Assembly (NCBI GenBank): GCA_963750165.1
Contig: CAVVPN010000003.1
Span: forward strand, 1,952,001-2,016,000
Reading direction: 5' to 3'
Length of the DNA: 64,000 nucleotides
From: an uncultured Gemmataceae bacterium
GTDB taxonomy: Bacteria; Planctomycetota; Planctomycetia; Gemmatales; Gemmataceae
Shown: positions 43,939-52,558 of the stretch, in pieces
Layout: each line of letters opens with the position of its first letter
Numbering within the stretch: the first letter of the stretch is position 1
Notes under the pieces: generated by a model
Seen by the model: the letters and a program-made list of their open reading frames with translations, nothing else
Told to the model about the DNA's origin: nothing
Databases searched by the model: none
Program-made: the position numbers and the translations under genes

Positions 43939-44003
43939 CCCGTAGGACGGATTTGCAATCTGTCCGCACTGAACTCGGACGGATTGCAAATCCGTCCTAC
44001 GGG
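43939..44003. repeat. inverted pair of GTAG-type REP sequences (REPIN-like)
   Basis: CCCGTAGGACGGATTTGCAATCTGTCCG-9 nt-CGGACGGATTGCAAATCCGTCCTACGGG. Confidence 0.85.
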
Positions 44004-44053
44004 GAAACCAGCTTCTGCAGCCCGCCTTTCCTGGGTATCTCCCTGGCTTCCCG

Positions 44054-44590
44054 TTACACGCCGACGGCGGCCTGTTCGGCATGAACCGTGGTCGTCTTCG
44101 CTCGCGTCTGACGCAGCAGGTCCCTAGCCCGTTCCACCTCGTCGGCCGTTCCGTGGGCGACCAGGAGGAGTTTGCCGTTCTTGACCTCGGTCTCGTATTG
44201 CAGGACACTGTTCTTCGGAATGCCGATACTGGCCAGCGCGGCGCCGAGGGCGCTGACCCCGCCCACGACGGCGGCGCCTTCGAGGGCGCCGACGAACCAG
44301 GCCACCATGGGTCCCGCCACGAGCAGCGGACCAATGCCCGGCACCCAGAAGAACGCGGAGCCGAACAGCAGCCCCCAGAAGCCGCCCCAGAACGCCCCCA
44401 CCTTGCCCCAGTACAGCATGCGATCGCCGGTAGTGTAGTAGCCCACGACGTGTTCTTCCGTGTGGTAATCCTTGCCGACGATCGACAGCCTTTTCATGTC
44501 GAAGCCGTCCCTCTGAAGTTCGCGGATGGCTTCTTCAGCCCGGTCGTGCGATTCAAAGACGGCGACGACGGAGTTCGTGTTGGACATCAT
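44054..44590 (-). CDS. DUF1269-like general stress membrane protein (copy 1)
   Basis: KRLSIVGKDYHTEEHVVGYY...WGGFWGLLFGSAFF. Confidence 0.85.
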   Translation of the reverse strand: MMSNTNSVVAVFESHDRAEEAIRELQRDGFDMKRLSIVGKDYHTEEHVVGYYTTGDRMLYWGKVGAFWGGFWGLLFGSAFFWVPGIGPLLVAGPMVAWFVGALEGAAVVGGVSALGAALASIGIPKNSVLQYETEVKNGKLLLVAHGTADEVERARDLLRQTRAKTTTVHAEQAAVGV

Positions 44591-44634
44591 CTGATTCCTT
44601 GCCTTTCGTTGCAGAGCGATATGGTTCCTCAAGC

Positions 44635-45138
44635 TCAGCGCTCGTCCCAGCCGGCGAGAACGCGTTCGATCTCCTCCTTGTGCCGCGTCTCATCCGCGAC
44701 CTGGTTTTCCAGGCTCACCTTCAGGCCGACGTCCCCGATGGCATCCGCCTGACGCAGCCGCTGGTCGTAGTCCGCGATCGCTTGTTTCTCGGCGGCGAGC
44801 GCGTGCTCCAGCATTTCCCTCGGCTGCTCGGCGGGGGGGACCGGGCGCGGTTGGGTCGTCGGTTCGCCTCCGAGGGCGGCGATCTTGTCCGCCAGGAACT
44901 GAGCATGTCCCTGCTCATCGACAATCTCGGCCTGGAAGAGGGCGCGCAGTTCCCTGCGGTACGGCCCCGTCAGCTTGGCCGAGTATTGGATGTACATCAC
45001 GATGGCCTGGTATTCGCCGGCCAGGTCGTGGTTGAGGCCCTCGATAAGGGCCTTGCGATCCGCTCCTGGCGGGGTCGGCTTGTTATTCCCCGCGACGCGG
45101 GTGTTCGGCTCGCCTTTTGTCGGTGTTCCTACAGACAT
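44635..45138 (-). CDS. ferritin-like (bacterioferritin-type) protein
   Basis: LNHDLAGEYQAI, DEQGHA, EKQAI and DETRH di-iron ligands; GAGGAGG RBS. Confidence 0.88.
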   Translation of the reverse strand: MSVGTPTKGEPNTRVAGNNKPTPPGADRKALIEGLNHDLAGEYQAIVMYIQYSAKLTGPYRRELRALFQAEIVDEQGHAQFLADKIAALGGEPTTQPRPVPPAEQPREMLEHALAAEKQAIADYDQRLRQADAIGDVGLKVSLENQVADETRHKEEIERVLAGWDER

Positions 45139-45180
45139 GGTTCGGACCTCCTCGTGGTTGTTGATCTTCTCGACACGCGA

Positions 45181-45219
45181 ATTACGTGCCGGGCATGAGC
45201 ATCCTACCCGCCGTTTCCT
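45181..45219 (-). promoter_or_regulatory. 39 bp upstream motif shared with 59884-59922
   Basis: AGGAAACGGCGGGTAGGATGCTCATGCCCGGCACGTAAT; 36/39 identical to the second copy. Confidence 0.6.
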
Positions 45220-45254
45220 TCACCGTTGCACGATCTCCTCACCCATCGCGAACG

Positions 45255-45305
45255 AAAAAAAAGCCGGCGTGGACGAACACCCTTGGTATTCGTCCACGCC
45301 GGCTT
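45255..45305 (-). terminator. intrinsic terminator of leader copy 1
   Basis: 17 bp perfect stem, 11 nt loop and T8 tract on the - strand. Confidence 0.9.
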
Positions 45306-45417
45306 ACTCGTCTAATGGGCCCCCCTGGCATGGCAGGGTTGCCCTTTAGTTAGTCTTCCGACGACTTCATAATGAAGTCTGTAGCGGAGCCGGTTGAAAG
45401 TTCACCAAGGCCCCGCA
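45255..45417 (-). ncRNA. candidate cis-regulatory leader RNA/riboswitch (copy 1)
   Basis: Lies between a promoter and a terminator; several stems; near-identical second copy at 62467-62630. Confidence 0.65.
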
Positions 45418-45423
45418 GTTTTT

Positions 45424-45451
45424 AATATACGCCTCTGACCAGGGAATGCAA
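45424..45451 (-). promoter_or_regulatory. sigma70-type promoter of leader copy 1
   Basis: TTGCAT-N16-TATATT; homology with copy 2 ends at the -35 box. Confidence 0.7.
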
Positions 45452-45506
45452 GGGGCAGCCGGGATCGCTACGCCGACAGCGTGCCGCCGGGCCGCAGCAG
45501 GGGTGC

Positions 45507-45888
45507 CTACTCCGGGTCATAGACGCGGTAGGCGAGCAGTTTCACCTGGTCGTTCACCAGGAATCAGGCCCGGGCATACCCCCACACCAGCAGCGTCCAC
45601 TTCCAGCCTATTGGCGTCATCAGGTCCAGCACCCGATACACCGCGATCAGGGTCGCCAGAACCTGCGTGCCGACCCCCGCCACAAACAGGATGGGCGCCG
45701 GTGGAATCGACCAGAACGGGCCGCGAGTGTGCGTGACGAAGATGGTAATGCGCCCGGCGACCGACAGTTTCAAGTACATGAAGGTCAGGAGTGTCTCCCG
45801 GTCGAGGTGCAAAACGCGCTCCCCCAGGTAGAAGAGGCCAAACAAAACGAACACACCAGTGATGCCGAGGACGGTCGCCAGCCCTAGT
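45507..45888 (-). pseudogene. C-terminal remnant of a second Pma1-type H+-ATPase
   Basis: [25 protein letters not shown]...WGYARA*FLVNDQVKLLAY matches 18302-21029; internal stop and no 5' part. Confidence 0.88.
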
Positions 45889-45889
45889 C

Positions 45890-46597
45890 TCAGCCGCCGC
45901 TGGCTTCCTTGACCGCCAGGACGACCTCGACCGGGACCCAGATGCTACGGTGCTCTTGGTTGACGACTCGGAACCCCGCCGCTTCGAGTGCCCGGGCGAT
46001 GAAGATGGGCCGGCAGTCCACGAAGTTGGGGAAGTGCTTGTGCGTCCACTCGTAAAGGTGGAAGATCATGCCGTGCCCCTGCTCCTTCGACATGCCGACG
46101 ACCGCGATAGGGCCGCCCGGCCGGAGCACGCGCTTGCACTCCGCCAGGACGAGCGGGATCTCCGGGGTGTCGAACAGTTCCAGGGTAAAGCTCATGAAGA
46201 TCGCGTCGAGCGTCCCGGCGGGGTAGGGCAGGTGCAGAGCGTCGCCACACGTCAACTCGGCCCGGCCGCTCAGCCCGGCCTTTTGCAGGTTCTCGTCGGC
46301 GTGCTGGCGCATGGCGTCGGAGAGGTCGATGCCGTACACCTTGCCGGCCGGTCCGACCGCCTGGCCCAGGGCCACCAGGCAGTGGCCGGTGCCGAAGCCG
46401 ATCTCCAGCACCTTCTGGCCTGGCCGGACCGCGAGCAGATCGAGCCCGGCCTGGCGGGCCGGCGCCTCGCTGTGGTCGGCCATCAGGTCATAAATCCGCG
46501 CGATGCGGTCGTAATACTTCCTCGTCTCTTCCCGCGAGTTGAAGACGCGCAAGACGGCCGGCTCGACCGGGTCTTGGATCGATGCTTCTGTTGACAT
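45890..46597 (-). CDS. class I SAM-dependent methyltransferase (UbiE-like)
   Basis: VLEIGFGTG, GIDLS, GDALHLP and RVLRPGG motifs. Confidence 0.88.
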   Translation of the reverse strand: MSTEASIQDPVEPAVLRVFNSREETRKYYDRIARIYDLMADHSEAPARQAGLDLLAVRPGQKVLEIGFGTGHCLVALGQAVGPAGKVYGIDLSDAMRQHADENLQKAGLSGRAELTCGDALHLPYPAGTLDAIFMSFTLELFDTPEIPLVLAECKRVLRPGGPIAVVGMSKEQGHGMIFHLYEWTHKHFPNFVDCRPIFIARALEAAGFRVVNQEHRSIWVPVEVVLAVKEASGG

Positions 46598-46646
46598 GGA
46601 CTTGCCCTCGAAACACGCATTCCGGGCGAACACCCGAGTTGTTAGC

Positions 46647-48869
46647 TCACCGCTTCTGCGACGGGCGAGACAGTTTTTGCAGTTGCCTCTCCAGTTCGTC
46701 CCATTTGTGCTCCAGCTGCTGAAAGCGTTGATCGAAGTCGCTCGCGGGTGGCGAGGCCACCCTGGGTTCCGGCGGGCCGAACGCGCGTATGTAAGCAATC
46801 AGGTCACGAGCCTGGTCTGTGCTAAGCCGACCGCGGAAGGATGGCATGAATACCCCCTTGCCATCCAGGATGCTGGCCAGCAACTGCGGATCAGCCTGCC
46901 TTTCCTGCCAGGCGCGCTCGGTGAAATCGGGGATGGGGGGCATGCTGGGCCGCATCGCCGTGCCTCGCCCGTCGGGACCGTGGCAAGTTATGCAGTACTG
47001 CCGGAAAAGCCCCGTCGCCACGCGCAGTCTCGCTTCGACCTCGGCCGATGGTGTCGCCGGGCCCGATCGCGGGGTACGAATCTTCGGGCCCGGAATGACC
47101 GCCGGGTGTGCCGGCCCTGGCGGGATCGGATGGTGTTGTGGCTCCAGGGTAACCACATGCTTCCCCCCACGGAACGCCCTCACGTATGCGACCATTTGCT
47201 GCGCCTCGGTCTCGGGGACCTTGTCTTTCATGGGCAGCATGAACTTCCCTTTTCCATCCAGGATTGAGTGGCGGAGTTCGGCATCCGTGCGGGACTCCTG
47301 CCATTTGGCCCTGGTAAAATCCGGGATTTCGGCCATCGCCTTACGCACCGTTTCACCACGCCCGTCCGCGTCATGGCACGCCAGGCAGTAAGCGCGGTAG
47401 ATTTGGACCGGGGTCATTTGGGACGCGGCCGGAGCGGGCGGTGGTTGTTTCGGCTTCGGACCGATCGGCGCACTTGGGTGGACCGCAAATGCCCGGACGT
47501 ACACCGCCAGGCCGAGAATCTCTTGCCTGGAAAGCTTGTCCCGATACGCAGGCATCAACGGCTCTTTCCCGGAGAGGATTTGGTGAGTGATCTCGAGATC
47601 GGTCTGCGACATTTGCCAGGCAAGGCTGGTAAAGTTCGGAATGGTCGGCATTCCTTTGCGAACCTGGTTTGCCGTGCCATCCACCCCGTGGCATGCGGCA
47701 CAGTTGGTATTGAAAACCCTGGCAATGTCCAGCTTCTGAACCGGTCCGGCCGGTTCAGCGGGCAAAGTCTTGGCGGCAGCGGAGGCCGGCTCCTCCATCC
47801 GCACGTCGGTAGTAATGGCGAAAATCGTCAGGCCCACCAATCCAACCGTTCCGAAGCCCAGAAGGGTCATGGCCAGCGGCCGGCGGCGCGGGTCACAGTG
47901 CGGATTGCGGTCCATGAGTGGCCAGAAAAACAGTAGCAAAAAGAAGACGGCAGGCAGCACGAAGGTGCCCACAATTTCGTAGGGTCCTTCAAAATACCGC
48001 AGGAGCCGGAAAAGGAACATGAAGTACCACTCTGGACGTGCCTCGTAGGGCTGGGCGGGGTCGGCCCTGGCCGCCAGGGGAGCTGGCCGATAGTAGCACC
48101 ACACTCCCAGCCCGACCAGAAGGACAAGAGCGAGCACGCCATCTTTCCACGCCTGGCACGGCCAGAATGGCTCAGCCTCCGCTTCGAGTTGGCCGTGGGA
48201 TTCCCACCAAGGAGGAGTAACACCGTGCAGGCGGAACAGATAGAGATGCACCACCACGAGCAGAATTAGGAGGCCAGGGAGTATAAAGGCATGCAGACTG
48301 AAAAACCGAGTCAGAGTCAGGTTGCCCATCTCGGGCCCGCCTTGCAGGAACGTGTGCAGGCCATCCCCGATGACCGGCACCGTGCTGACTATGTCCAGCC
48401 CCACCTTCGACGCCCAGTACGCCTTCTGATCCCAGGGCAACAGGTAACCCGTAAAGGCAAGTCCGAGGGTGCAGAAGAGCAACACCACGCCAACCATCCA
48501 GGTAAGCTCGCGGGGGCGCTTGCAGGCGCCCCAGACGAACACCTGCACCATGTGAAACAGCAACAGGATCACCATGGCGCTGGCACCCCAGTGGTGCAGA
48601 GCCCGGATAAACCAGCCGAAGGGTACATCTTCCTGGATGAACTTCACACTCGGGTAAGCAGTTTCCACCGACGGAGCATAGTTCATCGTCATCAGAATGC
48701 CCGTGATCACTTGGAGCGCGATCGTGAACAAGAGGAGGCTGCCGAAAGCTGCGGCCCAGCGCGAGCCTCCCGGAAGGGGTTCAAGGAGCAGTGCGCGTTT
48801 CAGCCAACTCCATGAGGTTCGCGATTCCCAGAATCCAGGTGCTTTCTGCTGGACAGGTCCTGTACTCAT
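46647..48869 (-). CDS. cytochrome b fused to three cytochrome c domains
   Basis: HHWGA..H, GYLLPWDQ, H..H and PEWY motifs, then CAACH, CLACH and CITCH. Confidence 0.92.
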   Translation of the reverse strand: MSTGPVQQKAPGFWESRTSWSWLKRALLLEPLPGGSRWAAAFGSLLLFTIALQVITGILMTMNYAPSVETAYPSVKFIQEDVPFGWFIRALHHWGASAMVILLLFHMVQVFVWGACKRPRELTWMVGVVLLFCTLGLAFTGYLLPWDQKAYWASKVGLDIVSTVPVIGDGLHTFLQGGPEMGNLTLTRFFSLHAFILPGLLILLVVVHLYLFRLHGVTPPWWESHGQLEAEAEPFWPCQAWKDGVLALVLLVGLGVWCYYRPAPLAARADPAQPYEARPEWYFMFLFRLLRYFEGPYEIVGTFVLPAVFFLLLFFWPLMDRNPHCDPRRRPLAMTLLGFGTVGLVGLTIFAITTDVRMEEPASAAAKTLPAEPAGPVQKLDIARVFNTNCAACHGVDGTANQVRKGMPTIPNFTSLAWQMSQTDLEITHQILSGKEPLMPAYRDKLSRQEILGLAVYVRAFAVHPSAPIGPKPKQPPPAPAASQMTPVQIYRAYCLACHDADGRGETVRKAMAEIPDFTRAKWQESRTDAELRHSILDGKGKFMLPMKDKVPETEAQQMVAYVRAFRGGKHVVTLEPQHHPIPPGPAHPAVIPGPKIRTPRSGPATPSAEVEARLRVATGLFRQYCITCHGPDGRGTAMRPSMPPIPDFTERAWQERQADPQLLASILDGKGVFMPSFRGRLSTDQARDLIAYIRAFGPPEPRVASPPASDFDQRFQQLEHKWDELERQLQKLSRPSQKR

Positions 48870-48890
48870 AGCTTCCCCCTCTCGCAAGCA

Positions 48891-49427
48891 TCAAACCTCA
48901 ACGGGGATACGCCGGGCCACGCCGATCTTGAAGTCTTCCCATTTGACCCACAATTGACCATCGTGAATCTCGTAAGGCAGCGGGTCCATCGAGCGGGGCG
49001 GCGGCCCGGCGATATGCTGTCCCTTGGCGTCAAAGGTACCCCCGTGACAGGGGCAAATAAACTCTTTCACGTCGGGGTGCCAGTTGACCGGGCATCCCAG
49101 GTGAGGACATATCGGTGACAGCACGGTCAACTCTGCATCGGAATTGCCGTCCCTCCGTACCCAGACCGCGTGTCGTTGGCGGGCTTTTTCCCAGCCGTCC
49201 TCGCGAACCACTTCCAGCGACAGGAGCCGCCATTCACCGACCGAGAGGTCGTTGATGGGCCCTAATTCCACGTAAGCTGTCCCCCCGCTGCCGCCGCGCC
49301 GCTTTCTCAAGAAGGGGGCACTCATGTAGCCGAAGACCGGAATTGCCAGCAGCAGGCCGATAACTGCCAACAGTGCATCTGTGCATAGACGCAGGAAACG
49401 CCTGCGATTCGTTGTCGAGTCTGCCAT
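48891..49427 (-). CDS. Rieske 2Fe-2S subunit of a bc-type complex
   Basis: NRRRFL Tat motif with TM anchor; CPHLGC and CPCHG. Confidence 0.93.
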   Translation of the reverse strand: MADSTTNRRRFLRLCTDALLAVIGLLLAIPVFGYMSAPFLRKRRGGSGGTAYVELGPINDLSVGEWRLLSLEVVREDGWEKARQRHAVWVRRDGNSDAELTVLSPICPHLGCPVNWHPDVKEFICPCHGGTFDAKGQHIAGPPPRSMDPLPYEIHDGQLWVKWEDFKIGVARRIPVEV

Positions 49428-49492
49428 GAAGTTGTACCCTCCGATTGCCGAGAGCTGTTTTGCCTGGAGCGGCGGAGCCTGGCCGAGTGGGC

Positions 49493-49816
49493 TCACTGCC
49501 AGACCACCGGCGGAATTTGGGCCAGCGCTGGGGCAATCTGGTCCGCTGCCGTAAGCCGCTCGGCAGGAAAGCTGGTGGTCAAGGCCAGGCAACGGCAACC
49601 GGCCGCCTTTGCCGCCTCCACCCCGGCGACAGTATCCTCGACGACCAGGCAGTCGGCCGGGGGGAGCCCCGGCCGCTGTGCCGCCGTCGGGAACAGGTCG
49701 GGATGCGGCTTTTTACGGTGGACGTCACACTTGATGCCTTCACCTTCAAGGACATTCTTGAGGATCTCCGCTTCGGCGGGGTTGGTGGTTGTCTGAATCT
49801 CCACAGGCTCGTTCAT
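49493..49816 (-). pseudogene. chimera of DUF2007 N-terminus and HAD phosphatase C-terminus
   Basis: NPAEAEILKNVLEGEGIKC-DV-HRKKPHPDLF...CLVVEDTVAGVEAAKAAG. Confidence 0.7.
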
Positions 49817-50007
49817 GTCCACGAATCAGTCTCCTTTTCGGGATGGATCGTATTCGCCACGTTCCCGAGCGCGACTGGCGACCTCGCCTTTTCGCTGCAA
49901 CACGTTCTCTCCAGAATCCTTGCGGCGCAGAGAAAAAGCGAGGTCGCCAGTTCGCCATGTGCCGGGTGACTCTGCCGGGCTCTGATTGACCATGCGACAA
50001 AGTCATC

Positions 50008-51228
50008 TTAGTGATGCAGAAGCGCATCTTCGTGCATGCTCTCGCTGGCGTGGTCCTCGTGCTGCGGGGGACCATCGTCTGGACCTTCGAGATCGACCTT
50101 CAGGTTCAAGAAACGAAGCAAGTCCTTGAGGCAGACGATCCCCACCAGCCGCCCACCTTCGTTGACGAGCAGGCGGCTGGAGCTGGTCTGCTGCATCTTG
50201 CTCAAGGCCTCCATCGCGTCGGCGTCTGGGGCGATGGTGACGGCCCCGAGGTCAGACGACATCACCTCGCCGACGGAGCGGTGGGCCCACTCGTCGCGGG
50301 GAATTTGCAGGATGGCCTGAGTCGTGACAACGCCCTCCAGCCGTCCGTTTGCAACCACGGGGAACGCGCGGTGGTGGTAGCGATAGACGTAGCCCTCGAC
50401 CCATTGAAGCAGGTCCAGCGACGGTGAGACGACAATCGGGTCGGGGTTCATGAACCGGCGCACCGGCTCGCCCTCGAGAGCCTGCCGGATCAGCACCTGC
50501 TGGTAGCCACTCTTGGCCGCTCCGTTCAGGAACATCCCGATCAGGACGCTCCAGATTCCGCCCACCCAGTTGTGGGAGAAAAACTGGATCACGCCCCAGC
50601 CGATCAGCACCCAGGCGAAGACCTGGCCGGCGTTGGAGGCCCAGCGCGTCGCCCGCCGCACGTTGCCGGTTGCGCCCCAGAGGATCGAGCGCAGCACGCG
50701 GCCCCCGTCGAGCGGGAAGGCGGGAACCATGTTGAAGACGAGCACCACCGCGTTGATGGTGGCCAGGTAGCCGAGGACGATCACGACAGGATGCGGCCAG
50801 TTGCCGTGGTAACCAACCTCGGCCACGACCCAGAAAACAACGGCCAGGACGGCACTGACGAGGGGACCCGCGATGGCCATGAGGAACTCAGTCCCGGCGG
50901 ACTTGGGCTCTTCACCAAGCTCGGAAACCCCGCCGAACAGAAAGAGAGTGATGCCGCTGATAGGCATCCCGCGGGACCGGGCCACGAGGGCATGTCCGAA
51001 CTCGTGCAAGACGATGCAGGTGAAGAAGGCCAGTGCCGTTATCAGGCCCATGATCCAGTAATCGGCCTGCGCCAGTTGCTGCGTGTCCCCGGGGAAGTAT
51101 TCGTGCAGGATGACCGGGAAGCCCTCGGCAAAGCTCAGCGTGAGCAGGGCGAGGATCAGCAACCAGCTCACGTCCACGCTGACCGGAATTCCCAGAAGGC
51201 GAAACAACCGCCAACGCATGCCAAACAT
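50008..51228 (-). CDS. site-2 protease (M50) with CBS pair
   Basis: HEFGH and FNMVPAFPLDGGR motifs; two CBS domains. Confidence 0.93.
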   Translation of the reverse strand: MFGMRWRLFRLLGIPVSVDVSWLLILALLTLSFAEGFPVILHEYFPGDTQQLAQADYWIMGLITALAFFTCIVLHEFGHALVARSRGMPISGITLFLFGGVSELGEEPKSAGTEFLMAIAGPLVSAVLAVVFWVVAEVGYHGNWPHPVVIVLGYLATINAVVLVFNMVPAFPLDGGRVLRSILWGATGNVRRATRWASNAGQVFAWVLIGWGVIQFFSHNWVGGIWSVLIGMFLNGAAKSGYQQVLIRQALEGEPVRRFMNPDPIVVSPSLDLLQWVEGYVYRYHHRAFPVVANGRLEGVVTTQAILQIPRDEWAHRSVGEVMSSDLGAVTIAPDADAMEALSKMQQTSSSRLLVNEGGRLVGIVCLKDLLRFLNLKVDLEGPDDGPPQHEDHASESMHEDALLHH

Positions 51229-51398
51229 AAGTTCCCTCCAATCACCCAAGCTCAGCAGTGGCGGCCTGCTGCGCCGAAACTTGCGAGAGCCAATGAAGCG
51301 GCCCCCGTCTGCTTTATCGATTGGTTCAGCGAGGCAGACTTGGATGCACCGAGGTCAGAGTACCGAGCCCGGTGGCCCGTCTTTGATTTTCCCAATCC

Positions 51399-51617
51399 TC
51401 AGGGAGCTTTGTCCACCGGCCGCCGCGATTTAGGCGGCGGGTAAACGGCCCTGGCGATCGTGGCTGAGAGCCACCCGAGCACCCATCCAAGGAAGAGCAA
51501 GAGGAAGGTGTGCGCAGTGTCTTTGCTGGCTACGGACGCAACACCCGCCAGGATGATAGCCCATACAACTGCACAGCCGATGCTGTATGCCGCGTAGGTA
51601 TTGAACGACAGTTTCAT
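51399..51617 (-). CDS. small two-TM protein (paralog of 23052-23309)
   Basis: AAGGAGG RBS; near-identical core sequence. Confidence 0.75.
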   Translation of the reverse strand: MKLSFNTYAAYSIGCAVVWAIILAGVASVASKDTAHTFLLLFLGWVLGWLSATIARAVYPPPKSRRPVDKAP

Positions 51618-51725
51618 TCCATCATCCTCCTTCACCAAGCCGCCGAAGATGTGATCTGATCCGGCCTCAGCCTCTCCTGCCGTCACAGGTGATGGCGATC
51701 TCGTAGGCCAGCATCGGCAGAATGG

Positions 51726-52307
51726 TTAGCTCCGTTTCGGGCCAGGAGACGTCTTGCCTCCAAACCACCGGCCCAGGCGAGACGACAAGCTGAAGAACGG
51801 AGCCGCCGCCTTCGCATCAATTGCCTTGAGGCTGCGAGCAGCTTGCTTGCGAACGGCTCCGTGCTCGTCGCTCAGCAATTCGCTCAGTGCCGAGAACGCC
51901 GCATTTGCGTCCGGACCGAAGCAGCCCAGGGCTTCGGCGGCATTCCGGCGCACGTCTTCTTCTTTATCCTTCAGCGCGTTCGCGAGAGCAGGGACGACGG
52001 CGTTCGCATCCCGCGCGATTTGTCCGAGGGCCGTGGCCGCGTTACCGCGGAGGTATTTATCCTCATCCCGGAGGGCAGCAATCAGGGCCGATGTCGCGGT
52101 CGCCGCTGCCGGCCCGATGGTCCCCAGCGCGACGACCGCTTGATTGCGGACTTGCCATTCCGACGTCTTCAGCAGCTCCATCACGCTTGGGACCGCGGCC
52201 ACGCCGATGCGAGCCAACGCCTGGATCGCTCGCTGTCGCGCTGTTCTGTCCTCGTTCGCCAGCTCCTTCATCCAGTATTCCTTTTTCCCCAGATCCTCAG
52301 CGGACAT
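51726..52307 (-). CDS. HEAT repeat protein
   Basis: Repeated L.D....VR..A..ALG.IG units. Confidence 0.88.
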   Translation of the reverse strand: MSAEDLGKKEYWMKELANEDRTARQRAIQALARIGVAAVPSVMELLKTSEWQVRNQAVVALGTIGPAAATATSALIAALRDEDKYLRGNAATALGQIARDANAVVPALANALKDKEEDVRRNAAEALGCFGPDANAAFSALSELLSDEHGAVRKQAARSLKAIDAKAAAPFFSLSSRLGRWFGGKTSPGPKRS

Positions 52308-52421
52308 GATGAGGTCCTCCCTTCTCAGTGGTTGCTTTTCTTTAGCCGGAAGTCACATGCTTGCTTTCTGCATTGGGCAGCGGAGTTACTCGCTCGGCGG
52401 CCCCCTTGGTCCGGGCCACGT

Positions 52422-52550
52422 TCAGGTGGATGTACTGTCCGGGAACGCAGTTTTCACGACGAGCACCGGACAGGTCGCCTTGCGCAACACCTGTTCGGCG
52501 ACGCTGCTCATCAGCAAGCGCGACAACCTGGTGCGGCCGTGAGGGCCCAT
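52422..52550 (-). pseudogene. universal stress protein C-terminal remnant
   Basis: MGPHGRTRLSRLLMSSVAEQVLRKATCPVLVVK, a degenerate MGxHGR..LLxGSV..V....CPVL motif. Confidence 0.8.
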
Positions 52551-52558
52551 TCCTCGGT

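Noticed and set aside
45243..45452. Leader element as a MITE, T-box, or canonical M-box
   Set aside because: No terminal inverted repeats or target duplication; no T-box UGGNACC bulge; too short and only partly similar for a confident M-box call.
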